A stretch of 64,000 bases of DNA from NCBI RefSeq assembly GCF_000027125.1, contig NC_017626.1. One strand, 5' to 3'. The stretch comes from Escherichia coli 042 (GTDB lineage: Bacteria; Pseudomonadota; Gammaproteobacteria; Enterobacterales; Enterobacteriaceae). Positions 1 through 11,770 of the stretch are shown in pieces. The first letter of the stretch is position 1; each line of letters opens with the position of its first letter. Under the pieces are notes generated by a model. That model was not told where the DNA came from. It ran no database searches and saw only the letters and a list, made by a program, of their open reading frames with translations. Position numbers and translations under genes: made by a program.

Positions 1-583
1 CAGCTTCGTCCTGAGTAATGCCTACCCACGGCGCTTTTATCAATATCAACACTTCTTTGCCTTCATCCAGCCCCAGACGCGCGCCGCTTTGTGCGGTAAT
101 TGCGACTTTCAGGCGTGTTTTTCCATCAGCCAGTAAGACATCAACATGCTGTTGAACGTCATCATGATCGCGGGCGGTGATGGTACCGAACCACTGGTTA
201 CGGGCGCTGGTTTGCAGTGAAAAACGTGAGATCGCGGCCAGCAGGCTGTTCAGCGGCAGGGCGTCATCGTCACTTAACACATCAAAGGCTTTTTGCTGGA
301 TTTGCGCCAGTAAGTCATAGAGCTGAATCAGTCGCTGACCATAGCGGGTCAGTACTGCGCCGCCGCCACCTTTACCGCCTGTTGCGCGCTCGACCAGAAT
401 ATGCTCACTTAACTGATTCATCTCGTTAATGGCATCCCAGGCGCTTTTATAGCTGATACCGGCATCTTTCGCTCCCTGGCTAATGGAACCGGAAAGCGCA
501 ATGTGTTTTAGTAGCGAAATGCGGCGCGGGTCGGCGAATAATTTTTGTTGGAGCTTAAGGGTGAGAAGGATTTCGGCCTGCAT
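1..583 (-). CDS. modE: Molybdate-responsive regulator ModE, N-terminal ~194 codons; gene continues past the window start
   Basis: Reverse-strand frame open to window edge; start codon complement at 581-583; translation begins MQAEILLTLKLQQKLFADPRR as recalled for ModE; divergent from modABC. Confidence 0.9.
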   Translation of the reverse strand, partial: MQAEILLTLKLQQKLFADPRRISLLKHIALSGSISQGAKDAGISYKSAWDAINEMNQLSEHILVERATGGKGGGGAVLTRYGQRLIQLYDLLAQIQQKAFDVLSDDDALPLNSLLAAISRFSLQTSARNQWFGTITARDHDDVQQHVDVLLADGKTRLKVAITAQSGARLGLDEGKEVLILIKAPWVGITQDEA

Positions 584-693
584 AACAATGTCCTGGCAAA
601 AGTCTTATTGTGACGGAAAACGAACGCCACGCAAAGCTGACCGCACAAAAGGGGAGTGCTTTTCTGTGCTTAGCGGTTAGAATAGTCTCATGA

Positions 694-861
<168 letters not shown>

Positions 862-869
862 TTCCCTGA

Positions 870-896
870 ATGCCCGCTTAGTCGGGCATTTCTTTT
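870..896 (+). terminator. Rho-independent terminator after acrZ
   Basis: Hairpin TGCCCG-cttagt-CGGGCA followed by TTTCTTTT. Confidence 0.5.
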
Positions 897-983
897 GCTC
901 AACTTCCTGCTTTTCCTGCCGATATTTTTTCTCATCTACCTCACAAAGGTTAGCAATAACTGCTGGGAAAATTCTGAGTTAGC

Positions 984-1016
984 CGTTATATTGACGCCTA
1001 CATAACGTTACATTAA
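984..1016 (+). promoter_or_regulatory. modA promoter/ModE operator region
   Basis: CGTTATATTG-N-CCTACATAACGTTACAT just upstream of modA start; resembles the recalled ModE operator at modABC. Confidence 0.45.
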
Positions 1017-1026
1017 GGGGTTACCA

Positions 1027-1800
1027 ATGGCTCGTAAATGGTTGAACTTGTTTGCCGGGGCGGCACTCTCTTTCGCTGTTGCTGGCAATGCACTGGCAGA
1101 TGAAGGGAAAATCACGGTGTTCGCCGCCGCATCACTGACTAACGCAATGCAGGACATTGCTACGCAGTATAAAAAAGAGAAAGGCGTGGATGTGGTTTCT
1201 TCTTTCGCTTCGTCATCTACTTTGGCCCGTCAGATTGAAGCGGGTGCGCCTGCGGATCTGTTTATTTCTGCCGATCAGAAATGGATGGATTATGCGGTTG
1301 ATAAAAAAGCGATCGATACAGCTACACGTCAGACACTGCTCGGCAATAGCCTGGTCGTTGTAGCACCGAAAGCCAGCGAGCAGAAAGATTTCACCATCGA
1401 CAGCAAAACCAATTGGACTTCACTGCTGAATGGCGGTCGCCTGGCGGTTGGCGATCCGGAACATGTTCCCGCTGGCATTTATGCAAAAGAAGCACTGCAA
1501 AAACTGGGCGCATGGGATACGCTCTCCCCGAAACTGGCTCCGGCGGAAGATGTTCGTGGCGCGCTGGCGTTGGTCGAACGCAATGAAGCGCCGTTGGGCA
1601 TTGTTTACGGTTCTGACGCAGTTGCCAGCAAAGGGGTAAAAGTGGTTGCCACCTTCCCGGAAGATTCACATAAAAAAGTGGAATATCCGGTTGCTGTTGT
1701 GGAAGGGCATAACAATGCGACAGTGAAAGCATTTTATGATTATTTGAAAGGGCCGCAGGCTGCGGAAATCTTTAAACGTTACGGATTTACAACCAAGTAA
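1027..1800 (+). CDS. modA: Molybdate ABC transporter periplasmic binding protein
   Basis: 257-aa ORF with signal peptide; position and sequence as recalled for modA. Confidence 0.95.
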   Translation: MARKWLNLFAGAALSFAVAGNALADEGKITVFAAASLTNAMQDIATQYKKEKGVDVVSSFASSSTLARQIEAGAPADLFISADQKWMDYAVDKKAIDTATRQTLLGNSLVVVAPKASEQKDFTIDSKTNWTSLLNGGRLAVGDPEHVPAGIYAKEALQKLGAWDTLSPKLAPAEDVRGALALVERNEAPLGIVYGSDAVASKGVKVVATFPEDSHKKVEYPVAVVEGHNNATVKAFYDYLKGPQAAEIFKRYGFTTK

Positions 1801-2489
1801 TGATACTGACCGATCCAGAATGGCAGGCAGTTTTATTAAGCCTGAAAGTTTCTTCCCTGGCTGTGCTGTTTAGCCTGCCGTTTGGGATCTTTTTTGCCTG
1901 GTTACTGGTGCGTTGCACGTTTCCGGGCAAAGCTCTGCTCGACAGCGTACTGCATCTACCGCTGGTGTTACCGCCCGTGGTCGTCGGTTACTTATTATTA
2001 GTTTCGATGGGACGGCGCGGATTTATCGGTGAACGTCTGTATGACTGGTTTGGTCTTTCTTTCGCGTTTAGCTGGCGCGGTGCGGTTCTCGCTGCCGCTG
2101 TCATGTCTTTTCCGCTGATGGTGCGGGCGATTCGTCTGGCGCTGGAAGGTGTTGATATCAAACTGGAGCAGGCCGCAAGAACACTGGGGGCCGGGCGCTG
2201 GCGAGTTTTCTTTACTATCACGTTACCGCTGACCTTACCGGGCATTATTGTTGGTACGGTACTGGCTTTTGCTCGTTCTCTCGGTGAGTTTGGTGCAACC
2301 ATCACCTTTGTGTCGAACATTCCTGGCGAAACGCGAACTATTCCCTCTGCCATGTATACCCTGATCCAGACCCCCGGCGGGGAAAGTGGCGCGGCGAGAC
2401 TGTGCATTATTTCTATTGCGCTGGCGATGATCTCCCTGTTGATTTCAGAATGGCTGGCCAGAATCAGCCGTGAACGGGCGGGGCGCTAA
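1800..2489 (+). CDS. modB: Molybdate ABC transporter permease
   Basis: 229-aa hydrophobic ORF overlapping modA stop; ABC permease signature. Confidence 0.95.
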
Positions 2490-2491
2490 TC

Positions 2492-3550
2492 ATGCTGGAA
2501 CTGAATTTTTCCCAGACGTTGGGCAACCATTGCCTGACCATTAATGAAACGCTGCCCGCCAATGGCATCACTGCTATCTTTGGCGTCTCCGGTGCCGGAA
2601 AAACTTCGCTGATTAACGCCATCAGTGGACTGACGCGCCCGCAAAAAGGGCGGATTGTCCTCAATGGGCGGGTACTAAATGATGCCGAAAAAGGTATCTG
2701 CCTGACGCCGGAAAAGCGTCGCGTTGGCTATGTTTTTCAGGATGCGCGGCTGTTCCCGCATTACAAAGTGCGTGGCAATCTGCGCTACGGCATGTCGAAA
2801 AGTATGGTCGATCAGTTCGATAAGCTGGTGGCGCTTTTAGGCATTGAACCGTTGCTTGACCGTTTACCAGGCAGCCTGTCCGGAGGCGAAAAACAGCGCG
2901 TGGCGATTGGTCGGGCTTTGCTGACAGCACCGGAATTGCTGTTGCTGGATGAACCGCTGGCGTCACTGGATATTCCGCGTAAACGCGAACTGTTGCCTTA
3001 TCTGCAACGGCTGACACGGGAAATCAACATTCCGATGTTGTATGTCAGCCATTCGCTGGATGAGATCCTCCATCTGGCAGACAGAGTGATGGTACTGGAA
3101 AACGGTCAGGTGAAAGCCTTTGGCGCGCTGGAGGAAGTGTGGGGCAGTAGCGTGATGAATCCGTGGCTGCCGAAAGAGCAACAAAGTAGCATTCTGAAAG
3201 TGACGGTGCTTGAGCATCATCCGCATTACGCGATGACCGCGCTGGCGCTGGGCGATCAGCATTTGTGGGTCAATAAGCTGGACGAACCGCTGCAAGCTGC
3301 GCTACGTATCCGCATTCAGGCTTCCGATGTTTCTCTGGTTTTACAACCGCCGCAGCAAACCAGCATTCGTAACGTATTGCGGGCAAAAGTTGTTAATAGT
3401 TATGACGACAACGGCCAGGTGGAAGTGGAGCTGGAAGTCGGCGGTAAAACGCTGTGGGCGCGTATCAGCCCGTGGGCCAGGGATGAACTGGCGATCAAAC
3501 CAGGCCTGTGGCTGTACGCGCAAATTAAAAGTGTGTCGATAACCGCCTGA
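2492..3550 (+). CDS. modC: Molybdate ABC transporter ATPase
   Basis: 352-aa ORF with Walker [10 protein letters not shown] and ABC signature LSGGEKQR. Confidence 0.95.
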
Positions 3551-4369
3551 TTAAATCAGGTGGCTATAAATGAACCGGGCAATGCTGTCGGTGGTGTTAT
3601 CACCAATCACAATGTTGGCGCGCGCTTTTACCGCGTCATCGGCGTTGCCCATCGCCACGCCTGTACCAGCGGCTTCCAGCATACTGATATCATTAAAGTT
3701 ATCGCCGAATGCCACGACGTTTTCCATCGACCAACCTTGTGCCTCAACCCATTTCGTCAAACGTTTACCTTTGCTGTTGCCGCCGCGTGCAATATCAACC
3801 TGATCGTGCCAGGACCATTCACACTCCAGTCCCAGTTCATGTTCGACATGCTTACCAAAATGCTGCAATTGCGGCAGGTCATCGTGCGTCAGGGCGAACT
3901 TCCATACGGCGTTAACTTGTTGCGCCGTTTCAGCCAGAGAAGCGACTTGTGTGAAAGTCGGACGCTGTTCCGGCGGCAGGGTTTGCGCCCAGTTAGACGT
4001 GCGAATGACATGCCCGGTCGGGTGCTCATAGACCATTGCATCATCGACATACATCAGACCGTGAATGTGGTGTTCATTCAGCATCTCAATGAGTTGCAGG
4101 GCTTTATTAACGGGCATTGGGTCCGCTTCCAGCACGGTTTTTGCATGATAATCATACAAATAGGTGCCATTACAGCAAATAGCAGGTGTATCCAGCGCCA
4201 GCGCCTGATAAAAAGGATGAATAGCGACGTGATGGCGACCTGTGACGATGATTAATTGATAGCCTGCTTCGCGAGCGCGGGCCAGGGCTTCTATCGATGA
4301 TGGAAGCAAGGTCTTTTTCGGGGTCAATAAGGTGCCGTCTAAGTCGAGAGCAATCACGCGTGTGGTCAT
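3551..4369 (-). CDS. ybhA: HAD-family (Cof-like) sugar/pyridoxal phosphate phosphatase YbhA
   Basis: Track ORF trimmed to internal Met (MTTRVIALDLDGTLL, HAD motif I); 272 aa. Confidence 0.9.
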   Translation of the reverse strand: MTTRVIALDLDGTLLTPKKTLLPSSIEALARAREAGYQLIIVTGRHHVAIHPFYQALALDTPAICCNGTYLYDYHAKTVLEADPMPVNKALQLIEMLNEHHIHGLMYVDDAMVYEHPTGHVIRTSNWAQTLPPEQRPTFTQVASLAETAQQVNAVWKFALTHDDLPQLQHFGKHVEHELGLECEWSWHDQVDIARGGNSKGKRLTKWVEAQGWSMENVVAFGDNFNDISMLEAAGTGVAMGNADDAVKARANIVIGDNTTDSIARFIYSHLI

Positions 4370-4487
4370 GGCGTATTCCAGATTAAGGTTAAGAATTTTC
4401 TTCTGCGCGAATGGTACACCGATACCACTATCGGACAAAATTCTGCGTTTTAATTCAGCATTCACCGCCAAAAGCGACTAATTTTAG

Positions 4488-5519
<1,032 letters not shown>

Positions 5520-5531
5520 CCGCTGATTTAC

Positions 5532-5555
5532 CCGGCGCAGTCTCTTCTGCGCCGG
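5532..5555. terminator. Hairpin between convergent pgl and ybhD, possible bidirectional terminator
   Basis: CCGGCGCAG-tctctt-CTGCGCCGG perfect 9-bp stem; flanks only weakly U-rich. Confidence 0.35.
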
Positions 5556-5559
5556 TGTA

Positions 5560-6513
5560 TTAACCTATCTCCTGTAACGCATGTCTCTGGCGTTCGACGA
5601 TATTGGTCCACAAATTGTCTTTATCGTCAGTCCACAAATTAATCAGCAAGGCAAAAAAGCGTTCAGCTGCCGGAGAAAGCACGGCATCTTTGCGGCGAAT
5701 AATCCCCAATGTCCGACGTATAACCGGTTCCACCAGCGGGATACCAATAATCGAAGAGTAGGGCGCATGAGGCATTGCCAGGCCTGGAAGCGCCGAAATC
5801 CCTAGTCCTGCCTCCACCAGTCCTAATGACGTCGAAAGATGACGCACTTCGTAAAACCAGTCCAGCTTCCAGGGCTTGTCGGCTAGCTGTTGTTCTATCA
5901 ACAGTCGGTTGCCGCTGGAGGAGCGTACGCCAATCATTTTGTAACCCACTAACTCCTGCCATTCTACAAGCTGCTTTTTGGCCAATGGATGGTCACGCCG
6001 ACAGGCCAGCACGAACGGCTCGTTGACCAGGGGGGTAAAATCAATGGATGAATTTGTGACGTTGTTCATGTTTATGCCAAAGTCTGATTCGTTACACAGC
6101 ACCGATTCCATGCAATTATTCGTGCCTTGTTCCAGAATCCGCACTTTAATATTGGGATACAGCTCATTAAATTTACCAATTGCCAGTGGTAAAAAATAAA
6201 ATACTGCGGTCGGAATACACGCTAACGTCACCATACCACGATGATAAGCATTCATATCACGAATATTAAAAAGCGTTTCATCGAATTTCTTTATTAATTC
6301 CCGCGCCTCCGGGAGCAACCTTTTTCCTGCTTTTGTTAACGTAACCTTGCGAGTTGTACGCTCAAATAGTTGAATATGTAAATCCTCCTCCATCTTTTTT
6401 ATTCTTCGCGTTAATGCAGGTTGCGTAATATTGAGTAATTTAGCGGCATTGTTAAATGAACTGGACTCTGCCAGTATGACAAATGCCTTCATACTTGATA
6501 ATTCATGCTTCAT
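5560..6513 (-). CDS. ybhD: LysR-family transcriptional regulator YbhD
   Basis: Track ORF trimmed to Met at MKHELSSMKAFVILAESSSFNNAAKLLNITQPALTRRIKKME (LysR HTH); divergent from ybhH. Confidence 0.85.
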   Translation of the reverse strand: MKHELSSMKAFVILAESSSFNNAAKLLNITQPALTRRIKKMEEDLHIQLFERTTRKVTLTKAGKRLLPEARELIKKFDETLFNIRDMNAYHRGMVTLACIPTAVFYFLPLAIGKFNELYPNIKVRILEQGTNNCMESVLCNESDFGINMNNVTNSSIDFTPLVNEPFVLACRRDHPLAKKQLVEWQELVGYKMIGVRSSSGNRLLIEQQLADKPWKLDWFYEVRHLSTSLGLVEAGLGISALPGLAMPHAPYSSIIGIPLVEPVIRRTLGIIRRKDAVLSPAAERFFALLINLWTDDKDNLWTNIVERQRHALQEIG

Positions 6514-6696
6514 TATTACTCCGGAAAATGGAAGCGTCGATTTTGGGTGGCTGGCCGTTAAAAATTTTAACTGCATTTAGCCAACTTAAATTAATGAAAA
6601 AATGTTATTAATCGTTGAGCTAAAGTCATTAGAGATGCTTTGCCCTTAATGTAACCATATCGCAATAAGTTATGTTTTTAAATTGAGGGCATTATT

Positions 6697-7749
6697 ATGA
6701 AAAAAATACCCTGCGTGATGATGCGAGGTGGAACCTCGAGGGGCGCGTTCCTGTTAGCGGAACATTTACCCGAAGATCAAACGCAGCGCGATAAAATATT
6801 GATGGCAATTATGGGTTCCGGTAACGATTTGGAAATTGACGGTATTGGCGGCGGTAATCCGCTGACCAGTAAAGTCGCCATTATTAGCCATTCCAGCGAT
6901 CCGCGTGCTGATGTCGATTATCTGTTTGCTCAAGTTATCGTCCATGAGCAACGTGTCGATACCACGCCTAACTGCGGCAATATGCTGTCTGGCGTTGGGG
7001 CATTCGCCATTGAAAATGGTTTGATTGCAGCGACTTCGCCAGTTACCCGCGTACGTATCCGCAACGTCAATACGGGTACGTTCATCGAAGCTGATGTGCA
7101 AACGCCAAATGGTGTTGTCGAGTACGAGGGTAGCGCCAGAATTGACGGCGTACCGGGTACTGCCGCACCGGTTGCGCTCACTTTCCTGAATGCCGCCGGA
7201 ACCAAAACCGGAAAAATCTTCCCGACTGATAATCAGATTGATTATTTTGACGATGTCCCGGTGACCTGTATCGATATGGCGATGCCAGTTGTCATTATTC
7301 CTGCTGAATATCTGGGAAAAACAGGCTATGAATTACCGGCGGAGCTGGATGCCGACAAAGCATTATTAGCCCGCATTGAATCTATCCGTCTACAAGCGGG
7401 TAAAGCAATGGGCTTAGGCGATGTCAGTAATATGGTTATCCCTAAACCTGTGCTTATTTCTCCAGCGCAGAAAGGCGGAGCAATTAATGTGCGTTATTTT
7501 ATGCCGCATTCTTGCCATCGCGCGCTGGCGATAACCGGTGCTATTGCCATTTCCAGTAGTTGTGCATTGGAAGGCACCGTCACCCGACAAATCGTCCCTT
7601 CTGTAGGATACGGCAATATCAATATTGAACACCCCAGTGGTGCGCTCGACGTTCATTTAAGTAATGAAGGTCAGGATGCCACGACGTTACGCGCATCTGT
7701 TATTCGGACAACCAGAAAAATATTTTCCGGTGAAGTTTTTCTTCCCTGA
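6697..7749 (+). CDS. ybhH: PrpF/AcnD-accessory family isomerase YbhH
   Basis: 350-aa ORF; recalled YbhH sequence and gene order. Confidence 0.85.
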   Translation: MKKIPCVMMRGGTSRGAFLLAEHLPEDQTQRDKILMAIMGSGNDLEIDGIGGGNPLTSKVAIISHSSDPRADVDYLFAQVIVHEQRVDTTPNCGNMLSGVGAFAIENGLIAATSPVTRVRIRNVNTGTFIEADVQTPNGVVEYEGSARIDGVPGTAAPVALTFLNAAGTKTGKIFPTDNQIDYFDDVPVTCIDMAMPVVIIPAEYLGKTGYELPAELDADKALLARIESIRLQAGKAMGLGDVSNMVIPKPVLISPAQKGGAINVRYFMPHSCHRALAITGAIAISSSCALEGTVTRQIVPSVGYGNINIEHPSGALDVHLSNEGQDATTLRASVIRTTRKIFSGEVFLP

Positions 7750-7824
7750 AAAAATTCGTTGTCAGGATAAGGACAATCAATAAAGGACTTCTGTATGAGT
7801 CATACAGAAAGAACAGGATTTTAA

Positions 7825-9258
7825 ATGAATAAAAAATCGTTATGGAAGCTAATTCTGATATTAGCGATCCCATGTATTATTGGCTTTATGCCAGCTCCGG
7901 CAGGATTAAGCGAACTGGCGTGGGTGCTTTTTGGTATTTACCTGGCGGCCATTGTGGGGCTGGTTATCAAGCCTTTCCCGGAACCTGTCGTACTGTTAAT
8001 TGCCGTTGCTGCCTCAATGGTGGTGGTCGGTAACTTATCCGACGGTGCGTTTAAGACCACCGCCGTATTAAGTGGTTACTCTTCAGGTACCACCTGGCTG
8101 GTGTTCTCGGCGTTTACCTTAAGCGCCGCATTTGTGACCACCGGCTTAGGTAAACGTATAGCCTATCTGCTGATTGGTAAAATCGGTAACACCACGCTGG
8201 GTCTGGGTTACGTTACGGTATTCCTCGATCTGGTACTGGCTCCGGCAACACCGTCTAACACCGCGCGTGCGGGCGGCATTGTGTTACCGATCATCAACAG
8301 CGTGGCGGTGGCTTTGGGGTCAGAACCGGAAAAAAGCCCGCGTCGTGTTGGACATTACCTGATGATGTCCATTTACATGGTCACCAAAACCACCAGCTAT
8401 ATGTTCTTTACCGCAATGGCGGGGAACATTCTGGCGCTGAAAATGATCAACGATATTCTGCACCTGCAAATTAGCTGGGGTGGATGGGCGCTGGCCGCCG
8501 GATTGCCGGGTATCATTATGCTGCTGGTCACCCCGCTGGTGATTTACACCATGTATCCGCCAGAAATTAAGAAGGTGGATAACAAAACCATCGCCAAAGC
8601 GGGCCTTGCCGAACTGGGACCGATGAAAATCCGCGAAAAAATGCTGCTCGGTGTCTTCGTGCTGGCGCTGCTGGGCTGGATTTTCAGTAAGTCACTGGGG
8701 GTTGATGAATCCACCGTGGCAATCGTTGTTATGGCGACTATGCTGCTGCTGGGTATCGTTACCTGGGAAGACGTGGTTAAAAATAAAGGCGGCTGGAATA
8801 CCTTAATCTGGTACGGCGGTATTATCGGCTTAAGCTCCTTATTATCGAAAGTTAAATTCTTCGAATGGTTAGCTGAAGTCTTTAAAAATAACCTGGCATT
8901 TGATGGTCACGGTAACGTTGCTTTCTTCGTTATTATTTTCCTCAGCATTATCGTGCGTTATTTCTTCGCTTCCGGTAGTGCCTATATCGTTGCCATGTTA
9001 CCGGTATTTGCCATGCTGGCGAACGTCTCCGGCGCACCGTTAATGTTAACCGCGCTGGCACTGTTGTTCTCCAACTCCTATGGCGGCATGGTTACTCACT
9101 ATGGCGGCGCGGCAGGTCCGGTCATCTTTGGCGTGGGTTATAACGATATTAAATCCTGGTGGTTGGTCGGTGCGGTACTGACGATATTAACCTTCCTGGT
9201 GCATATCACCCTTGGCGTGTGGTGGTGGAATATGCTGATCGGCTGGAACATGCTGTAA
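7825..9258 (+). CDS. ybhI: DASS-family anion transporter YbhI
   Basis: 477-aa polytopic membrane ORF; gene order ybhH-ybhI-ybhJ. Confidence 0.85.
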   Translation: MNKKSLWKLILILAIPCIIGFMPAPAGLSELAWVLFGIYLAAIVGLVIKPFPEPVVLLIAVAASMVVVGNLSDGAFKTTAVLSGYSSGTTWLVFSAFTLSAAFVTTGLGKRIAYLLIGKIGNTTLGLGYVTVFLDLVLAPATPSNTARAGGIVLPIINSVAVALGSEPEKSPRRVGHYLMMSIYMVTKTTSYMFFTAMAGNILALKMINDILHLQISWGGWALAAGLPGIIMLLVTPLVIYTMYPPEIKKVDNKTIAKAGLAELGPMKIREKMLLGVFVLALLGWIFSKSLGVDESTVAIVVMATMLLLGIVTWEDVVKNKGGWNTLIWYGGIIGLSSLLSKVKFFEWLAEVFKNNLAFDGHGNVAFFVIIFLSIIVRYFFASGSAYIVAMLPVFAMLANVSGAPLMLTALALLFSNSYGGMVTHYGGAAGPVIFGVGYNDIKSWWLVGAVLTILTFLVHITLGVWWWNMLIGWNML

Positions 9259-9387
9259 ATATACTCGTCATACTTCAAGTTGCATGTGCTGCGTCTGCGT
9301 TCGCTCACCCCAGTCACTTACTTATGTAAGCTCCTGGGGATTCACTCGATTGTCGCCTTCCTGCAACTCGAATTATTTAGAGTATAT
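9259..9387. repeat. ERIC (IRU) enterobacterial repetitive intergenic element
   Basis: ~129 bp with imperfect terminal inverted repeats and the recalled ERIC core GTAAGCTCCTGGGGATTCAC / AAGTGACTGGGGTGAGCG. Confidence 0.7.
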
Positions 9388-9440
9388 CCATTTATTATCT
9401 TTCTGCGCACTTCTCGGTGCGCAGATATCTGGAGCATTTG

Positions 9441-11702
9441 ATGATCAAGTTATCTGAAAAAGGCGTGTTTCTCGCCAGTAATAACGAAATAATTGCCGAA
9501 GAACATTTCACCGGCGAAATTAAAAAAGAAGAAGCAAAAAAAGGCACTATTGCCTGGTCTATTCTCTCTTCTCATAATACGTCCGGAAATATGGATAAAC
9601 TTAAAATTAAGTTTGATTCATTAGCCTCTCACGATATTACCTTTGTTGGTATTGTACAGACCGCTAAAGCGTCCGGTATGGAACGTTTCCCGCTGCCGTA
9701 TGTGCTGACCAACTGCCATAACTCACTTTGCGCCGTCGGCGGCACCATTAACGGTGATGACCATGTTTTTGGTTTATCGGCGGCTCAGCGTTATGGCGGT
9801 ATTTTTGTGCCTCCGCATATTGCGGTCATCCATCAATATATGCGTGAGATGATGGCAGGCGGCGGCAAAATGATCCTCGGGTCAGACAGCCACACCCGTT
9901 ACGGTGCATTAGGGACAATGGCAGTCGGTGAGGGCGGCGGCGAGTTGGTAAAACAGCTGCTTAATGACACCTGGGATATCGACTATCCGGGAGTTGTTGC
10001 GGTGCATCTGACCGGAAAACCAGCGCCGTATGTGGGGCCACAGGATGTGGCGCTGGCTATCATCGGTGCCGTGTTCAAAAACGGCTACGTCAAAAACAAA
10101 GTGATGGAATTCGTAGGTCCCGGTGTTGCTGCGCTCTCTACCGATTTCCGTAACAGCGTTGACGTTATGACCACGGAAACGACCTGTTTAAGTTCTGTCT
10201 GGCAAACCGATGAAGAAGTCCATAACTGGCTGGCGCTGCACGGTCGCGGCCAGGATTACTGCCAGCTTAACCCTCAACCGATGGCGTACTACGATGGCTG
10301 CATCAGCGTTGATTTAAGCGCCATCAAACCAATGATTGCGCTGCCGTTCCACCCGAGCAACGTGTATGAAATCGACATGCTGAACCAGAACCTGACCGAC
10401 ATTCTGCGTGAGATTGAAATTGAGTCCGAACGCGTGGCGCACGGTAAAGCCAAACTCTCGCTGCTGGATAAAGTGGAAAATGGTCGCCTGAAAGTGCAGC
10501 AGGGGATTATCGCGGGCTGTTCTGGCGGTAACTACGAAAACGTCATCGCGGCGGCGAATGCACTGCGCGGTCAATCCTGTGGCAATGACACCTTCTCGTT
10601 AGCGGTTTACCCGTCATCACAGCCGGTGTTTATGGATTTAGCCAAAAAAGGCGTGGTAGCAGATTTGATTGGCGCAGGCGCAATCATCAGAACCGCGTTC
10701 TGCGGCCCATGCTTTGGCGCGGGCGATACGCCAATCAACAACGGTTTGAGTATTCGCCACACCACGCGTAACTTCCCGAACCGCGAAGGCTCTAAGCCAG
10801 CCAATGGGCAGATGTCAGCGGTGGCGTTGATGGACGCTCGTTCTATCGCTGCGACTGCGGCAAACGGTGGCTATTTAACCTCTGCCAGCGAACTTGATTG
10901 CTGGGACAACGTACCGGAGTACGCCTTCGATGTAACTCCGTATAAAAACCGTGTTTATCAGGGCTTTGTGAAAGGGGCGACCCAGCAACCATTGATTTAC
11001 GGACCGAACATAAAAGACTGGCCAGAATTGGGGGCGCTAACTGACAATATCGTCCTCAAAGTGTGCTCGAAGATCCTCGACGAAGTGACCACCACCGACG
11101 AACTGATCCCTTCCGGTGAAACCTCTTCTTATCGTTCAAATCCGATTGGTCTGGCGGAGTTTACCCTGTCACGCCGCGATCCAGGTTATGTTGGCAGAAG
11201 TAAAGCGACTGCTGAGCTGGAAAATCAGCGTCTGGCGGGGAATGTCAGCGAGCTGACAGAGGTGTTTGCGCGCATTAAGCAGATTGCTGGTCAGGAGCAT
11301 ATTGATCCGCTGCAAACTGAAATTGGCAGCATGGTCTATGCGGTGAAACCAGGCGATGGTTCAGCGCGTGAGCAGGCGGCGAGCTGCCAGCGTGTGATTG
11401 GCGGTCTGGCGAATATTGCCGAGGAGTACGCGACTAAACGCTACCGTTCTAACGTCATCAACTGGGGGATGTTACCGCTGCAGATGGCGGAAGCACCAAC
11501 GTTTGAAGTGGGGGATTACATTTACATCCCTGGCATTAAAGCAGCGCTGGATAATCCGGGTACGACGTTTAAAGGTTATGTGATCCATGAAGATGCGCCG
11601 GTAACGGAAATTACGCTTTACATGGAAAGCCTGACGGCCGAAGAGCGCGAGATTATCAAGGCGGGTAGTTTGATTAACTTCAATAAAAACCGTCAGATGT
11701 AA
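9441..11702 (+). CDS. ybhJ: Aconitase-family protein YbhJ
   Basis: Track ORF trimmed to [11 protein letters not shown]; 753 aa, aconitase-like. Confidence 0.85.
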   Translation: MIKLSEKGVFLASNNEIIAEEHFTGEIKKEEAKKGTIAWSILSSHNTSGNMDKLKIKFDSLASHDITFVGIVQTAKASGMERFPLPYVLTNCHNSLCAVGGTINGDDHVFGLSAAQRYGGIFVPPHIAVIHQYMREMMAGGGKMILGSDSHTRYGALGTMAVGEGGGELVKQLLNDTWDIDYPGVVAVHLTGKPAPYVGPQDVALAIIGAVFKNGYVKNKVMEFVGPGVAALSTDFRNSVDVMTTETTCLSSVWQTDEEVHNWLALHGRGQDYCQLNPQPMAYYDGCISVDLSAIKPMIALPFHPSNVYEIDMLNQNLTDILREIEIESERVAHGKAKLSLLDKVENGRLKVQQGIIAGCSGGNYENVIAAANALRGQSCGNDTFSLAVYPSSQPVFMDLAKKGVVADLIGAGAIIRTAFCGPCFGAGDTPINNGLSIRHTTRNFPNREGSKPANGQMSAVALMDARSIAATAANGGYLTSASELDCWDNVPEYAFDVTPYKNRVYQGFVKGATQQPLIYGPNIKDWPELGALTDNIVLKVCSKILDEVTTTDELIPSGETSSYRSNPIGLAEFTLSRRDPGYVGRSKATAELENQRLAGNVSELTEVFARIKQIAGQEHIDPLQTEIGSMVYAVKPGDGSAREQAASCQRVIGGLANIAEEYATKRYRSNVINWGMLPLQMAEAPTFEVGDYIYIPGIKAALDNPGTTFKGYVIHEDAPVTEITLYMESLTAEEREIIKAGSLINFNKNRQM

Positions 11703-11727
11703 AAAAGGCGCTATGAAATATAGCGCC
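11701..11727 (-). terminator. Rho-independent terminator for ybhC
   Basis: On the minus strand, hairpin GGCGCTAT-atttc-ATAGCGCC followed by TTTTTT. Confidence 0.55.
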
Positions 11728-11739
11728 CTGTTTCATTAA

Positions 11740-11770
11740 CCCGATGGTTCAGACTATCGGGTTTTCTTTT
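11740..11770 (+). terminator. Rho-independent terminator for ybhJ
   Basis: CCCGAT-N10-ATCGGG hairpin followed by TTTTCTTTT. Confidence 0.6.

Noticed and set aside
1157-3523. Numerous short ORFs on the opposite strand or alternate frames inside modA, modB and modC (for example 1391-1732, 1988-2407, 2661-3017, 2963-3295)
   Set aside because: They lie fully inside well-supported genes with no independent signals; the same applies to similar shadow ORFs inside the ybh, bio, uvrB and prophage structural genes.
3551-4471. N-terminally extended ORF starts in the track for ybhA, ybhD, ybhJ, bioA, bioC and ybhK
   Set aside because: In each case an internal Met (or GTG for bioD) gives the recalled protein N-terminus; the longer upstream extensions are read-through of the open frame.
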